The notes under the pieces: model-generated
What the model saw: the letters and a program-made list of their open reading frames with translations, nothing else
Told to the model about the DNA's origin: nothing
The model's database searches: none
Made by a program: the position numbers and the translations under genes
From: Clostridia bacterium
Lineage (GTDB): Bacteria > Bacillota > Clostridia > Oscillospirales > Acutalibacteraceae
Assembly: GCA_017938445.1 (NCBI GenBank)
Contig: JAGBBN010000012.1
Location: forward strand, 3,647 to 67,646
DNA length: 64,000 nucleotides
Reading direction: 5' to 3'
Shown here: in pieces, positions 47,024 through 55,499 of the stretch
How the letters are laid out: each line of letters opens with the position of its first letter
Numbering within the stretch: position 1 is the first letter of the stretch

Positions 47024-47034
47024 TTAAAAATCTC

Positions 47035-47436
47035 CTACGAATTCTTTAATATTTCACGCCATTCAAGGTCGCCACGCTCAAGACCGTGAATTAAAACCTC
47101 TGCCGTTGCAATATTTGTTGCAACAGGGATATTATGAACATCACAAAGGCGCAATAAAGCCTGTTCATCGGGCTCATTAGGCTTGGGATTAAGAGGATCT
47201 CTGAAAAGGAGTAAAAGATCTATTTCATCACAGCCTATTCTCGACGCAATCTGCTGAGCGCCACCCTGAGAGCCGCTTAAAAATCTCGTTATATCAAGGC
47301 CTGTTGCTTCAGATACGGTTTTTCCCGTTGTTCCCGTGGCAACAAGATTATGATGGCTTAAAATACCGCAGTAGGCTATACAAAACTGAACCATTAATTC
47401 TTTTTTTGCATCATGTGCGATTAGTGCAATTGTCAT
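47035..47436 (-). CDS. mgsA: Methylglyoxal synthase
   Basis: [16 protein letters not shown]...LVATGTTG...GPLGGAQQ-like...FRDPL...PHEPD-like motifs. Confidence 0.9.
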   Translation of the reverse strand: MTIALIAHDAKKELMVQFCIAYCGILSHHNLVATGTTGKTVSEATGLDITRFLSGSQGGAQQIASRIGCDEIDLLLLFRDPLNPKPNEPDEQALLRLCDVHNIPVATNIATAEVLIHGLERGDLEWREILKNS

Positions 47437-47449
47437 TTTTTAAACTCCT

Positions 47450-48178
47450 TTATATTTTTTTGAATTTTGGAAGGCCCTTCTTTTTACCCTCAAGGCGCTC
47501 GGCAATCCGCATAAACGCCTTCATGGGCTTTCCTCTTTTTCTTAACTTCCGGTTTATTGAAAATAATGCAAGCTCATCGCTTTCGGGAACAATGCCTGAA
47601 AGCTTTAGTCCCGATAAATCTATCATATCATCAATATTATGATAAATTCCCTTTCGCATCTTTTTAACATCAAATTTATTAATAATAAGCTCTGCTGTTC
47701 GCCCTGTAAGACTTAACGCTTCATTAACAGCCGCCGCATCCCTTACCGATACCGGTTCAGGAACTGCCACCGTTAAAAACTTACTCTTTTCATCGAGTGC
47801 ACTGTACAAAGGCACATCGATTCCTGCAGGGAAATCGAATATTATAATGTCATATTTTTCATAAAGCTTAGGTAGAAGCTCGGAGAAATTCTCCTCACTT
47901 ATTAAACCGGTTTTTCCGGGGGCTGCAATAAGACTTATGCCGGGGAATTTTTCCACCTTGTAAACGGCATTTTCATATTCGCCCTTTAATGCATCGGAAA
48001 GGTCAAAAACAATATCCTTGTCCACACCGAGCATAAGGTCGAGACAACGAAGTCCCTCATCCATATCAACAAGCAGTACCCGTTTTTTCATTCTTGAAAA
48101 AGCGACAGCAAGACCTATTGAAAATGTAGATTTTCCTACTCCGCCCTTTCCGGAGGTAACGGCAAAAACTCTGCTCAT
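47450..48178 (-). CDS. minD: MinD/ParA-family ATPase (MinD-like)
   Basis: MSRVFAVTSGKGGVGKST deviant Walker A, preceded by a GAGGAG SD. Basic amphipathic C-terminus (KKKGLPKFKKI). The tracked ORF extension to 48235 was rejected. Confidence 0.7.
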   Translation of the reverse strand: MSRVFAVTSGKGGVGKSTFSIGLAVAFSRMKKRVLLVDMDEGLRCLDLMLGVDKDIVFDLSDALKGEYENAVYKVEKFPGISLIAAPGKTGLISEENFSELLPKLYEKYDIIIFDFPAGIDVPLYSALDEKSKFLTVAVPEPVSVRDAAAVNEALSLTGRTAELIINKFDVKKMRKGIYHNIDDMIDLSGLKLSGIVPESDELALFSINRKLRKRGKPMKAFMRIAERLEGKKKGLPKFKKI

Positions 48179-48250
48179 AAAATACTCCTCAAATTCTTCA
48201 GATTCAGCTGAAATATTATTAGAAAATTTTAACATAAATGTTCATTTATG

Positions 48251-50245
48251 TCAATCAAGAACAACAAAGGGCTGCTTATCGCCCGAAGCATTATAATCCG
48301 AGAAAAAGTACGCATCAAGTATATCACGTACTATGGTACCCGCAGTGTAACCCGAGCTTCCGTGCTCAAGTACAACCGAAATTGAAATTTCGGGCTTATC
48401 AAAGGGGGCAAAGGCAATAAACACACTGTGGTCCGCCGCATTGGTTACCTGAGATGTACCTGTTTTACCGCCCACCTTTATGGGATAATCACCAAGAGCC
48501 GCTCGTCCCGTTCCGTCCTCAGTAACCGAAAGCATACCTTCCTTAACGGCATCAAGGGTTCTCTTGGAAACGTTTATTTTATTTTTAACCACAGGGTCAT
48601 TATCCTCATAAACAGTAGAAAGGTCATAGGAAACTATACGGTCAATAAGTGTTGCTTCATAGTGTGTTCCCCCGTTAGCAACGGTTGCGGTATAATTTGC
48701 AACCTGCAAGGGAGTAAATGCATTAAGCTGACCTATGGATATCTGCAATGTATCACCGCCGACACCATCGGTTTTGGGCACTACCAGAATACCACCGCTA
48801 TCATTTACCTCAACACCTGTTTTCACACCTAAGCCAACCTGCTTGAAATAATCGGTTAGCTTAACAGCACCGATGCGCCTTCCAAGTTCAAAGAAGAAAT
48901 AGTTACAGCTCTTGGAAAGAGCAGTTTTAAGATTAATTGTGCCGTGACGGTGCATACACTTAGGCTTATAATCGGAAAAATAATCATATTGACGAACACA
49001 GGTTATCGTTTCGCCTATGTTATAAAGATTGTTTTCAATTGCCGCAATGGCCACTATAGGCTTTATGGTAGAACCTATAGGATAAACACCCTGGAAGGCT
49101 CTGTCGGTAAGAGGTCTTGTGGGGTCAGTGCTGAGCTTATCATAGTTCTCACTTAAGGTTGCAGAATCGTATGTGGGATAGTTTGCAGATGCTATTACCG
49201 CACCCGAATTTATATCCATAACAACAGCCGAGCCTGCCTTTACCGAGCCCATATTTGCCTGAAGTTCTCTGATATGAGATGCAAGAGAATCCTGAGCGGT
49301 TCTCTGTATTTTTTTATCAATAGTGAGCATAACCGTTTTTCCCGCTATAGGAGTTTTGGTTATCTCACTTGAAACTATATTTCCATCGGCATCGATATGG
49401 TAGGTGATTTCTCCGTCAGTTCCTCGAAGATACTCCTCAGCCCAATATTCAATACCGCTTTTTCCTACCTTATCATTATAGGAATAGCCTCTTGCTTTAT
49501 AATTTTCGCCCTTTTCCTCATCGTCCCAGTCCTCTGCAAAAATAGGACCTACTGTACCTATAAGGTTAACCGCAAGGGATGTATCGGAATACTCTCTAAA
49601 CGGCACAACATCAACCGTAACACCCGAAAGCATAAATCCCGATTCGGATATTTTTCTCATAAGCTCGGTTGGGATATCTTCCGCAAAGGTATAGGGATAG
49701 GAAATTGAGAAATCCGAAATATCCATTCCGTATCTTACGCCCATTATAAGACGCTGATTTTCCTTACTATAACCCTCAAGCTCATACTTTTCAACCATTC
49801 GCTTAAAGCAATCATCTGCGGAAGCATAATGGGCAAGTTTAAGCTTTGAAATAAGCTTGTCCGTAGATTTACCCTCTATAAATTTATAAGGAGCAGTAGG
49901 GGTTATGGGAAGCTGGTCAAACCACTCTGTTCCGTTTTCGGATAAAAGCTTTATAAGGGATAAAATTACATCATTAAGGTTTTCTTTTACGTAAGCCTTA
50001 TTAAAAACTATATTATAACCATCTCGATTAATAGCTATCTGTCTTCCATAGCAATCGAGAATTTCGCCCCTCGGCGCTTTCAAAACCGAGGTTCTTGACG
50101 AGGCGGCTCCGTCAGTCCTTCCCGTATATTTTTCTGCATTTGATATTTGAAGCGAATATGTTTTAAAGGTATAAAACAAAAGCACAATTATCAGAAATAT
50201 TGATAAAACCGTCAACTGATACTGACTTTTTCTTTTAAAGGGCAT
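48251..50245 (-). CDS. mrdA: Penicillin-binding protein 2 (elongasome transpeptidase)
   Basis: N-terminal TM helix, STIKP (SxxK) and KTGTS motifs. Lies downstream of mreBCD. Confidence 0.85.
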   Translation of the reverse strand: MPFKRKSQYQLTVLSIFLIIVLLFYTFKTYSLQISNAEKYTGRTDGAASSRTSVLKAPRGEILDCYGRQIAINRDGYNIVFNKAYVKENLNDVILSLIKLLSENGTEWFDQLPITPTAPYKFIEGKSTDKLISKLKLAHYASADDCFKRMVEKYELEGYSKENQRLIMGVRYGMDISDFSISYPYTFAEDIPTELMRKISESGFMLSGVTVDVVPFREYSDTSLAVNLIGTVGPIFAEDWDDEEKGENYKARGYSYNDKVGKSGIEYWAEEYLRGTDGEITYHIDADGNIVSSEITKTPIAGKTVMLTIDKKIQRTAQDSLASHIRELQANMGSVKAGSAVVMDINSGAVIASANYPTYDSATLSENYDKLSTDPTRPLTDRAFQGVYPIGSTIKPIVAIAAIENNLYNIGETITCVRQYDYFSDYKPKCMHRHGTINLKTALSKSCNYFFFELGRRIGAVKLTDYFKQVGLGVKTGVEVNDSGGILVVPKTDGVGGDTLQISIGQLNAFTPLQVANYTATVANGGTHYEATLIDRIVSYDLSTVYEDNDPVVKNKINVSKRTLDAVKEGMLSVTEDGTGRAALGDYPIKVGGKTGTSQVTNAADHSVFIAFAPFDKPEISISVVLEHGSSGYTAGTIVRDILDAYFFSDYNASGDKQPFVVLD

Positions 50246-50283
50246 AAGGGCAGCCTCCTCTCTTTTAGAATAATCTATTGTAA

Positions 50284-50796
50284 TTATTTTACTCTGTTTT
50301 TATAAATGCGCTTTTCCATAAAATAAAAGCCCACAACAAAGATTGCATTAAACACTACCGCAGGCAGCGCATATTCAAATATATAAATCAAGCTATCGGT
50401 AATAGGGGTGGAAAAGGCGTAACAAACGAGCCATTTTAAAATATAGTAAAACGCATTGCCCAAAACCGATAACACTATTGCCGAGCGCACATTAATATTG
50501 AACAAATATTTAGAAATAAAGGATGTTCCCACGCATACAAGCAATAAGGTTATTGTGTTAAAGCAGCCGGGGGAAGCCGAAACACTATCCACACAGGCTC
50601 CCATAACCGCTCCTACTATGCATGAGGGCAGCTCATCGTTAAACATTGAATAAGCCGTTAGCATAGGTAACAGTAAAAAGGGAGACGCCGACCTTATGGA
50701 AACTATAGGTGCTCCCGTGAAATGAAGCAAAAACAAAAGCGCGAAAACCGAAAAATGAATAGCTAATCTTACAGGGTGTTTTATGTGAAAAATCAT
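50284..50796 (-). CDS. mreD: Rod shape-determining protein MreD
   Basis: Polytopic 170-aa membrane protein whose start overlaps the mreC stop. Confidence 0.75.
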   Translation of the reverse strand: MIFHIKHPVRLAIHFSVFALLFLLHFTGAPIVSIRSASPFLLLPMLTAYSMFNDELPSCIVGAVMGACVDSVSASPGCFNTITLLLVCVGTSFISKYLFNINVRSAIVLSVLGNAFYYILKWLVCYAFSTPITDSLIYIFEYALPAVVFNAIFVVGFYFMEKRIYKNRVK

Positions 50797-51656
50797 TTTT
50801 CTTCACCGCTCGGTATTATACCGCCCTGTCCTTCAAAATCGGTTATAACCATAACATCACGGATAGAAGAAATATCTACAAAGGGTACTACATCGGCATA
50901 AATTGAGGTGCTGTATTCATCACTGCCTATGTAGGAAATAGTTCCTATTAACAGTCCGTCAGGGAAAACACCCTCTCCTGAGGTTACCACATAGTCCCCC
51001 ACCGCTACGGTGCAGGAACGTGCAAGGTTATAGAATCTGCATTTGCCTTCTCCGGCTAATTCCATTTTGCCCGAAACAATACCCGAATCATTAGTTCTGT
51101 TATCTAAAGCACCTAATGTTATATCGGTGCTAAGTATTGTTGCAACCTTACTTGTGGTAGGTCCTACCTGACTTATATAACCTACAAGACCTGCATCGGT
51201 TATAACGGGGTCATATTTCTTTATTCCCGAAAGGGAGCCCTTGTTTATAACAAAGCCTTCAAAGGGGTCCTCTGTATCTCTTGAAATAAGGGTTGCCGCC
51301 GTAAATTCAAAATCGGGGTTAGCATCCTTTATTTCAAGGTAATTCTTATAAAATTCATTTTCTCTTATAGCCTTATTATAATCGGCTAATTCTTCACGAA
51401 GCTCATTAATCTCGGTCTCAAGCTCGGCATTTTTTATCATAAGCTCGTTACCGTCACGGTAAGCATCCCCGATATCGTTAATACCGTCCGATATACGTTG
51501 GAAAAGTGTTACAAAGGGTGCTGTTATCGTTCCTAAAACACCCGAATGGGGCGCAATAACACCGCCGATTACTCCGCTTATCAGCGAGAGGGCAAGAACC
51601 GCCGCTATAACCGCTAATATTATCTTAAATTGTCTGCTGCGAAAAAAGAAGCGCAT
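50793..51656 (-). CDS. mreC: Rod shape-determining protein MreC
   Basis: N-terminal TM helix, coiled coil (NAELETEINELREELADY) and beta-barrel domains (VITDAGLVGYI, VVTSGEGVFPDGLLIG). Confidence 0.85.
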   Translation of the reverse strand: MRFFFRSRQFKIILAVIAAVLALSLISGVIGGVIAPHSGVLGTITAPFVTLFQRISDGINDIGDAYRDGNELMIKNAELETEINELREELADYNKAIRENEFYKNYLEIKDANPDFEFTAATLISRDTEDPFEGFVINKGSLSGIKKYDPVITDAGLVGYISQVGPTTSKVATILSTDITLGALDNRTNDSGIVSGKMELAGEGKCRFYNLARSCTVAVGDYVVTSGEGVFPDGLLIGTISYIGSDEYSTSIYADVVPFVDISSIRDVMVITDFEGQGGIIPSGEEK

Positions 51657-51680
51657 ATTTACCCTCCTGGTTTTTTCTGT

Positions 51681-52700
51681 TTATCTAAATCTTCTTCCTC
51701 TTCTGAAGACATAATTATCAAAGCCATTGTTGGGCTCAAGTCTTTTTGCCGTTCCAAGTACCACACAGTCAAGAGGATTTGCGGCAACCGTTACGGGCAT
51801 ACCCGTTTCCTCGGCTATAAGCTCGGCAAAGCCTCTAAGCAATGCGCCGCCGCCAGTTAATGTTATACCCTTATCTATAATATCTGCCGCAAGTTCGGGA
51901 GGAGTTTTCTCAAGGGTTGTGCGGATGGTATCTATTATCTGATATATGGTATCTGTCATAGCATCCCTTACCTCTTCCGAAGTAATGATAACGTTTTTAG
52001 GTAAACCGTCAACAAGATTTCTACCCTTTATTTCAAGACTTGTTTCATTTTCATAGGGTTTTGCTGAGCCTATCTGAATTTTTATATGTTCTGCAGTTCT
52101 TTCGCCTATGAGCAGATTATGTTTTTTTCTTACATAGTTTATTATTGCCTCATCAAGGTCATCACCGGCAACACGAAGGGATTGAGCCGTAACAATATCT
52201 CCCAAAGATATTACGGCAACCTCACTGGTTCCTCCGCCAATATCAACTATCATGCAGCCCGAAGCATCCCAAATAGGAAGTCCTGCTCCAACTGCTGCAG
52301 CCATAGGTTCTTCAATAAGGTCAATATCGGTAGCACCCGCCTGCTTTGCAGCATCGTAAACCGCACGGCTTTCAACCTCAGTTACACCTGCAGGAATACA
52401 GATTACCATTCTTACTCTTGAAAATGGGAAGCCCTTTAATGCCTGACGGATAAATCTTTTAAGCATTGCCGCCGTAACATCAAAGTCGGCAATAACACCG
52501 TCCTTAAGCGGTCTTACCGCAACTATTGAGCCTGGGGTTCTTCCTATCATTTCTTTCGCCTCGGTACCAACCGCTCTTACGGCCTCATTTCTGACATCGT
52601 ATGCCACAACCGAGGGTTCTCTTGTTATAACACCTTTACCCCTTACACATACAAGTGTATTAGCGGTACCAAGGTCAACTCCTATATCTCTTGTAAACAT
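51681..52700 (-). CDS. mreB: Rod shape-determining protein MreB
   Basis: DIGVDLGTANTLV, VICIPAGVTEVE, IDIGGGTSEVAV, LTGGGALL. Confidence 0.95.
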   Translation of the reverse strand: MFTRDIGVDLGTANTLVCVRGKGVITREPSVVAYDVRNEAVRAVGTEAKEMIGRTPGSIVAVRPLKDGVIADFDVTAAMLKRFIRQALKGFPFSRVRMVICIPAGVTEVESRAVYDAAKQAGATDIDLIEEPMAAAVGAGLPIWDASGCMIVDIGGGTSEVAVISLGDIVTAQSLRVAGDDLDEAIINYVRKKHNLLIGERTAEHIKIQIGSAKPYENETSLEIKGRNLVDGLPKNVIITSEEVRDAMTDTIYQIIDTIRTTLEKTPPELAADIIDKGITLTGGGALLRGFAELIAEETGMPVTVAANPLDCVVLGTAKRLEPNNGFDNYVFRRGRRFR

Positions 52701-52712
52701 TTATTTATCCCC

Positions 52713-53615
52713 TTACTTACTCTTTGGTACTATAAGTTTAATCGCATTGGAAAGATTTTCTATTTTTATACTCGCTTCGCCCTTGGCATACTCGCCGTCA
52801 AGAGTCCAGGCAAGATTATCTCCGCCCGTAACCGTTAATGACTTAGTATGGAAGAACTCAATACCTTCACGTTCAAAATCCTGACGGACTATTCCCTCTA
52901 CTGTATTCTGAAGCTTTATAAGATTGCTTGTTGAACGGATGAGGAACACTTCAAAATATCCGTCATTAAGCTTAACAAGTGTATCACTGAATTTAACAAT
53001 TCCGCCTACCGACATTGAATTGGAAACTGCTCCGAAAAGGAAATCTCCCTCAACCTCTTTTTCATCACAGGTAAGCTTTAAATGTACAGGCTTAATATTA
53101 GCTATACTCTTTACACCCTCGAAAAAGTAGGCTGCCTGACCGAGAACATTTTTAACATCCTGAGGCGCAGAATAGGAAGCCTCTGTAAAAGCACCGAAGG
53201 AAGCGGTATATGAAAAATATCTATCACCGAATTTTCCTATATCCAGCTCTACGGTATCGCCTTCGAGGATATCCCTTGCAGCCTTGGGTATTTCTCGGGA
53301 AATTTTAAGTCCTGCAGACCACTCGTTAAGTGTGCCCGAAGGAATATATCCAAGTTTAATTTTAAGGGAAGCCTTCATCAATCCCGTTATTACTTCGTTT
53401 AATGTACCGTCACCGCCGCATACAACGATAACAGAATAATCATTTTCGGATAGCTTAGATACATAATCTGTTGCATCTCCCCTATCCTTTGTGGGATGAA
53501 CAGTTACATCATATCCACCCTTTGTAAATATCTCAACAACCCTTAAAAGCTCGCCTCGCATCTTAGCTCGACCTGAACAGGGATTAACTATTAAAAGCAT
53601 CTTTTGATAATCCAT
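52713..53615 (-). CDS. Diacylglycerol/lipid kinase (YegS/DagK family)
   Basis: LLIVNPCSG, VVCGGDGTLNEV, IPSGTLNEW. Confidence 0.85.
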   Translation of the reverse strand: MDYQKMLLIVNPCSGRAKMRGELLRVVEIFTKGGYDVTVHPTKDRGDATDYVSKLSENDYSVIVVCGGDGTLNEVITGLMKASLKIKLGYIPSGTLNEWSAGLKISREIPKAARDILEGDTVELDIGKFGDRYFSYTASFGAFTEASYSAPQDVKNVLGQAAYFFEGVKSIANIKPVHLKLTCDEKEVEGDFLFGAVSNSMSVGGIVKFSDTLVKLNDGYFEVFLIRSTSNLIKLQNTVEGIVRQDFEREGIEFFHTKSLTVTGGDNLAWTLDGEYAKGEASIKIENLSNAIKLIVPKSK

Positions 53616-53625
53616 AAGAGCCTCC

Positions 53626-54633
53626 TTATCTATAGTCTATCGGCAATGTAGCGGTTGCATTAAGGTCTATATCCGCTATATTACCCGAAAGATATTCATA
53701 ATAAGCCTGAACGCCTACCATTGCCGCATTATCTCCGCAATACTTAAGCTCGGGACGGTAAAGAGAAATACCTTTTTTGCGGCATTCCTCCTCAAGTCTT
53801 GAGCGGAGCTCACTGTTTGCCGAAACACCGCCTGCAACGGCTACGGTTTTATATCCGAATTTTTCTGCCGCCGCCATTGTTTTATCGATAAGCATATCGC
53901 AAACCTTTTGACGCACAGTTGCGGCAATTACGGGAACATCCAACTCCTCGCCTTTCTGGGTTTTATTGTGAATAAGATTTATAACCGCTGTTTTAAGACC
54001 TGAAAAGCTAAAATCAAATTCACCTGAATGTGCCTTTGGGTAAGGCAAGGGATAGGTTTTAACATCCGCCTTAGTTGCTATTTTATCAATCATTACTCCG
54101 CCGGGATAGGATAATCCCATCGCCCTTGCGGTTTTATCAAAGCATTCACCCGCCGCATCGTCACAGGTCTGCCCGATTATACTGAATTTTGTATAATCAG
54201 TAACCTCACAAATAACCGTATTTCCGCCCGAAACAAGCAAGCATAAAAAGGGTGGCTTTAAATCGGGGTTATCAATATAGTTGGCGGCAATATGGGAACG
54301 CAGATGATGAACAGGAATAAGGGGTACTCCAAGGGACATTGCTAATCCCTTTGCGAAATTAACTCCCACAAGCAAGGCGCCTATAAGCCCCGGAGCAAAA
54401 GTAACGGCAACTGCTTCAATATCGTTATATCCTATACCCGCCTCGGCTAATGCCTGCTCACATACTGCGGATATTGCTTCGGTATGCCTTCTCGAAGCTA
54501 TTTCGGGAACAACGCCGCCGTAAATTCTGTGCTCTGCAACCTGAGTGGCAATAACCGAAGATAAAACCTCTCTGCCCTCACAAACCGAAACTGCAGTTTC
54601 ATCGCAAGAGCTTTCAATACTTAAAATTTTCAC
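53626..54633 (-). CDS. tsaD: tRNA N6-adenosine threonylcarbamoyltransferase TsaD
   Basis: MKILSIESSCDETAVSV, HH metal motif (IPVHHLRSH), SGGNT, GGVSAN. Confidence 0.95.
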   Translation of the reverse strand: MKILSIESSCDETAVSVCEGREVLSSVIATQVAEHRIYGGVVPEIASRRHTEAISAVCEQALAEAGIGYNDIEAVAVTFAPGLIGALLVGVNFAKGLAMSLGVPLIPVHHLRSHIAANYIDNPDLKPPFLCLLVSGGNTVICEVTDYTKFSIIGQTCDDAAGECFDKTARAMGLSYPGGVMIDKIATKADVKTYPLPYPKAHSGEFDFSFSGLKTAVINLIHNKTQKGEELDVPVIAATVRQKVCDMLIDKTMAAAEKFGYKTVAVAGGVSANSELRSRLEEECRKKGISLYRPELKYCGDNAAMVGVQAYYEYLSGNIADIDLNATATLPIDYR

Positions 54634-54650
54634 GGTTATCGCCTCCTTTT

Positions 54651-55499
54651 TTATTTAAAATATATCGTCATAATAAGGGCATTTTCTTTGGGATTTCTAT
54701 AAAAATCCTTTCTTTCGCCCACACACTTAAAGCCTGATTTCTCATAAAGACTTATAGCTTTATCGTTTGATTTTCTTACCTCTAAGGATAAGAATTCAAG
54801 ATTTTCTTTTTTACAGTAGGACACCGCTTCATTTACAAGGACAGTTCCCACTCCCGTTCTGCGATATTTAGGAAATACCGCAACATTTGTTATATAGCCT
54901 TCCCCAGCCACTGTGCTAAAGCCTATATAGCCTAAAATATCCTTTTCATTTTCGGCAACAAAGAATTTTGTGCCTCTTTTATAGGAATCAAGCAAGGTTT
55001 CTGCTGACCAGGGCTCAGAAAAACAAACCTTTTCAAGCTTTGCTATTGCACCTATATGACGTTCCTCAATGGGTTTTATCTGCAAAAGGCTAAAAAATCC
55101 TTTTTCAAAAAGCTCATCAACCGCCAAAATAATTTCATCACGGCACTGCCTGTAAACCGATAAATCGCAACCGAAGGGGTCGGATATTCCCTCCCCTAAA
55201 ACAGAAAGCTTTTTAGAGCCGATACCCATACTGTAAAGGATATTGTAATGATTAGGTGATAAGCATATTATCCTATCTGCCCAATTTATATCCTCTTTGG
55301 TAAGAGGGGCCGAAATGTGCTTTTTTATATCTATTCCTATTTCTGCCATCGCATCGGCAGAATTTACACTGACAGCCGAGCCATCTGCATAAATTCCACG
55401 GCTTATAACATTAAGCCAGGGTATTTTTTTACTTTCAAGGTACCCCTGCGCCATAGGGCTTCTGCAGGTGTTACCCGTACAAACAAAAATTATATTCAT
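54651..55499 (-). CDS. Fusion protein: YwlE-type LMW phosphatase domain + RimI-type GNAT N-acetyltransferase
   Basis: N-terminal half has MNIIFVCTGNTCRSPMAQ (CX5RS with Thr) and the ISDPFG acid loop. C-terminal half has GNAT motif A (ITNVAVFPKYRRTGVGTVLV) with RimI-like length and context next to tsaD. One uninterrupted 282-aa frame. Confidence 0.8.
   Translation of the reverse strand: MNIIFVCTGNTCRSPMAQGYLESKKIPWLNVISRGIYADGSAVSVNSADAMAEIGIDIKKHISAPLTKEDINWADRIICLSPNHYNILYSMGIGSKKLSVLGEGISDPFGCDLSVYRQCRDEIILAVDELFEKGFFSLLQIKPIEERHIGAIAKLEKVCFSEPWSAETLLDSYKRGTKFFVAENEKDILGYIGFSTVAGEGYITNVAVFPKYRRTGVGTVLVNEAVSYCKKENLEFLSLEVRKSNDKAISLYEKSGFKCVGERKDFYRNPKENALIMTIYFK

Noticed and set aside
47024-47034. 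A T-box leader was expected upstream of hisS-aspS.
   Set aside because: Only 11 nt separate mgsA from hisS and 14 nt separate hisS from aspS. No specifier or T-box sequence can fit.
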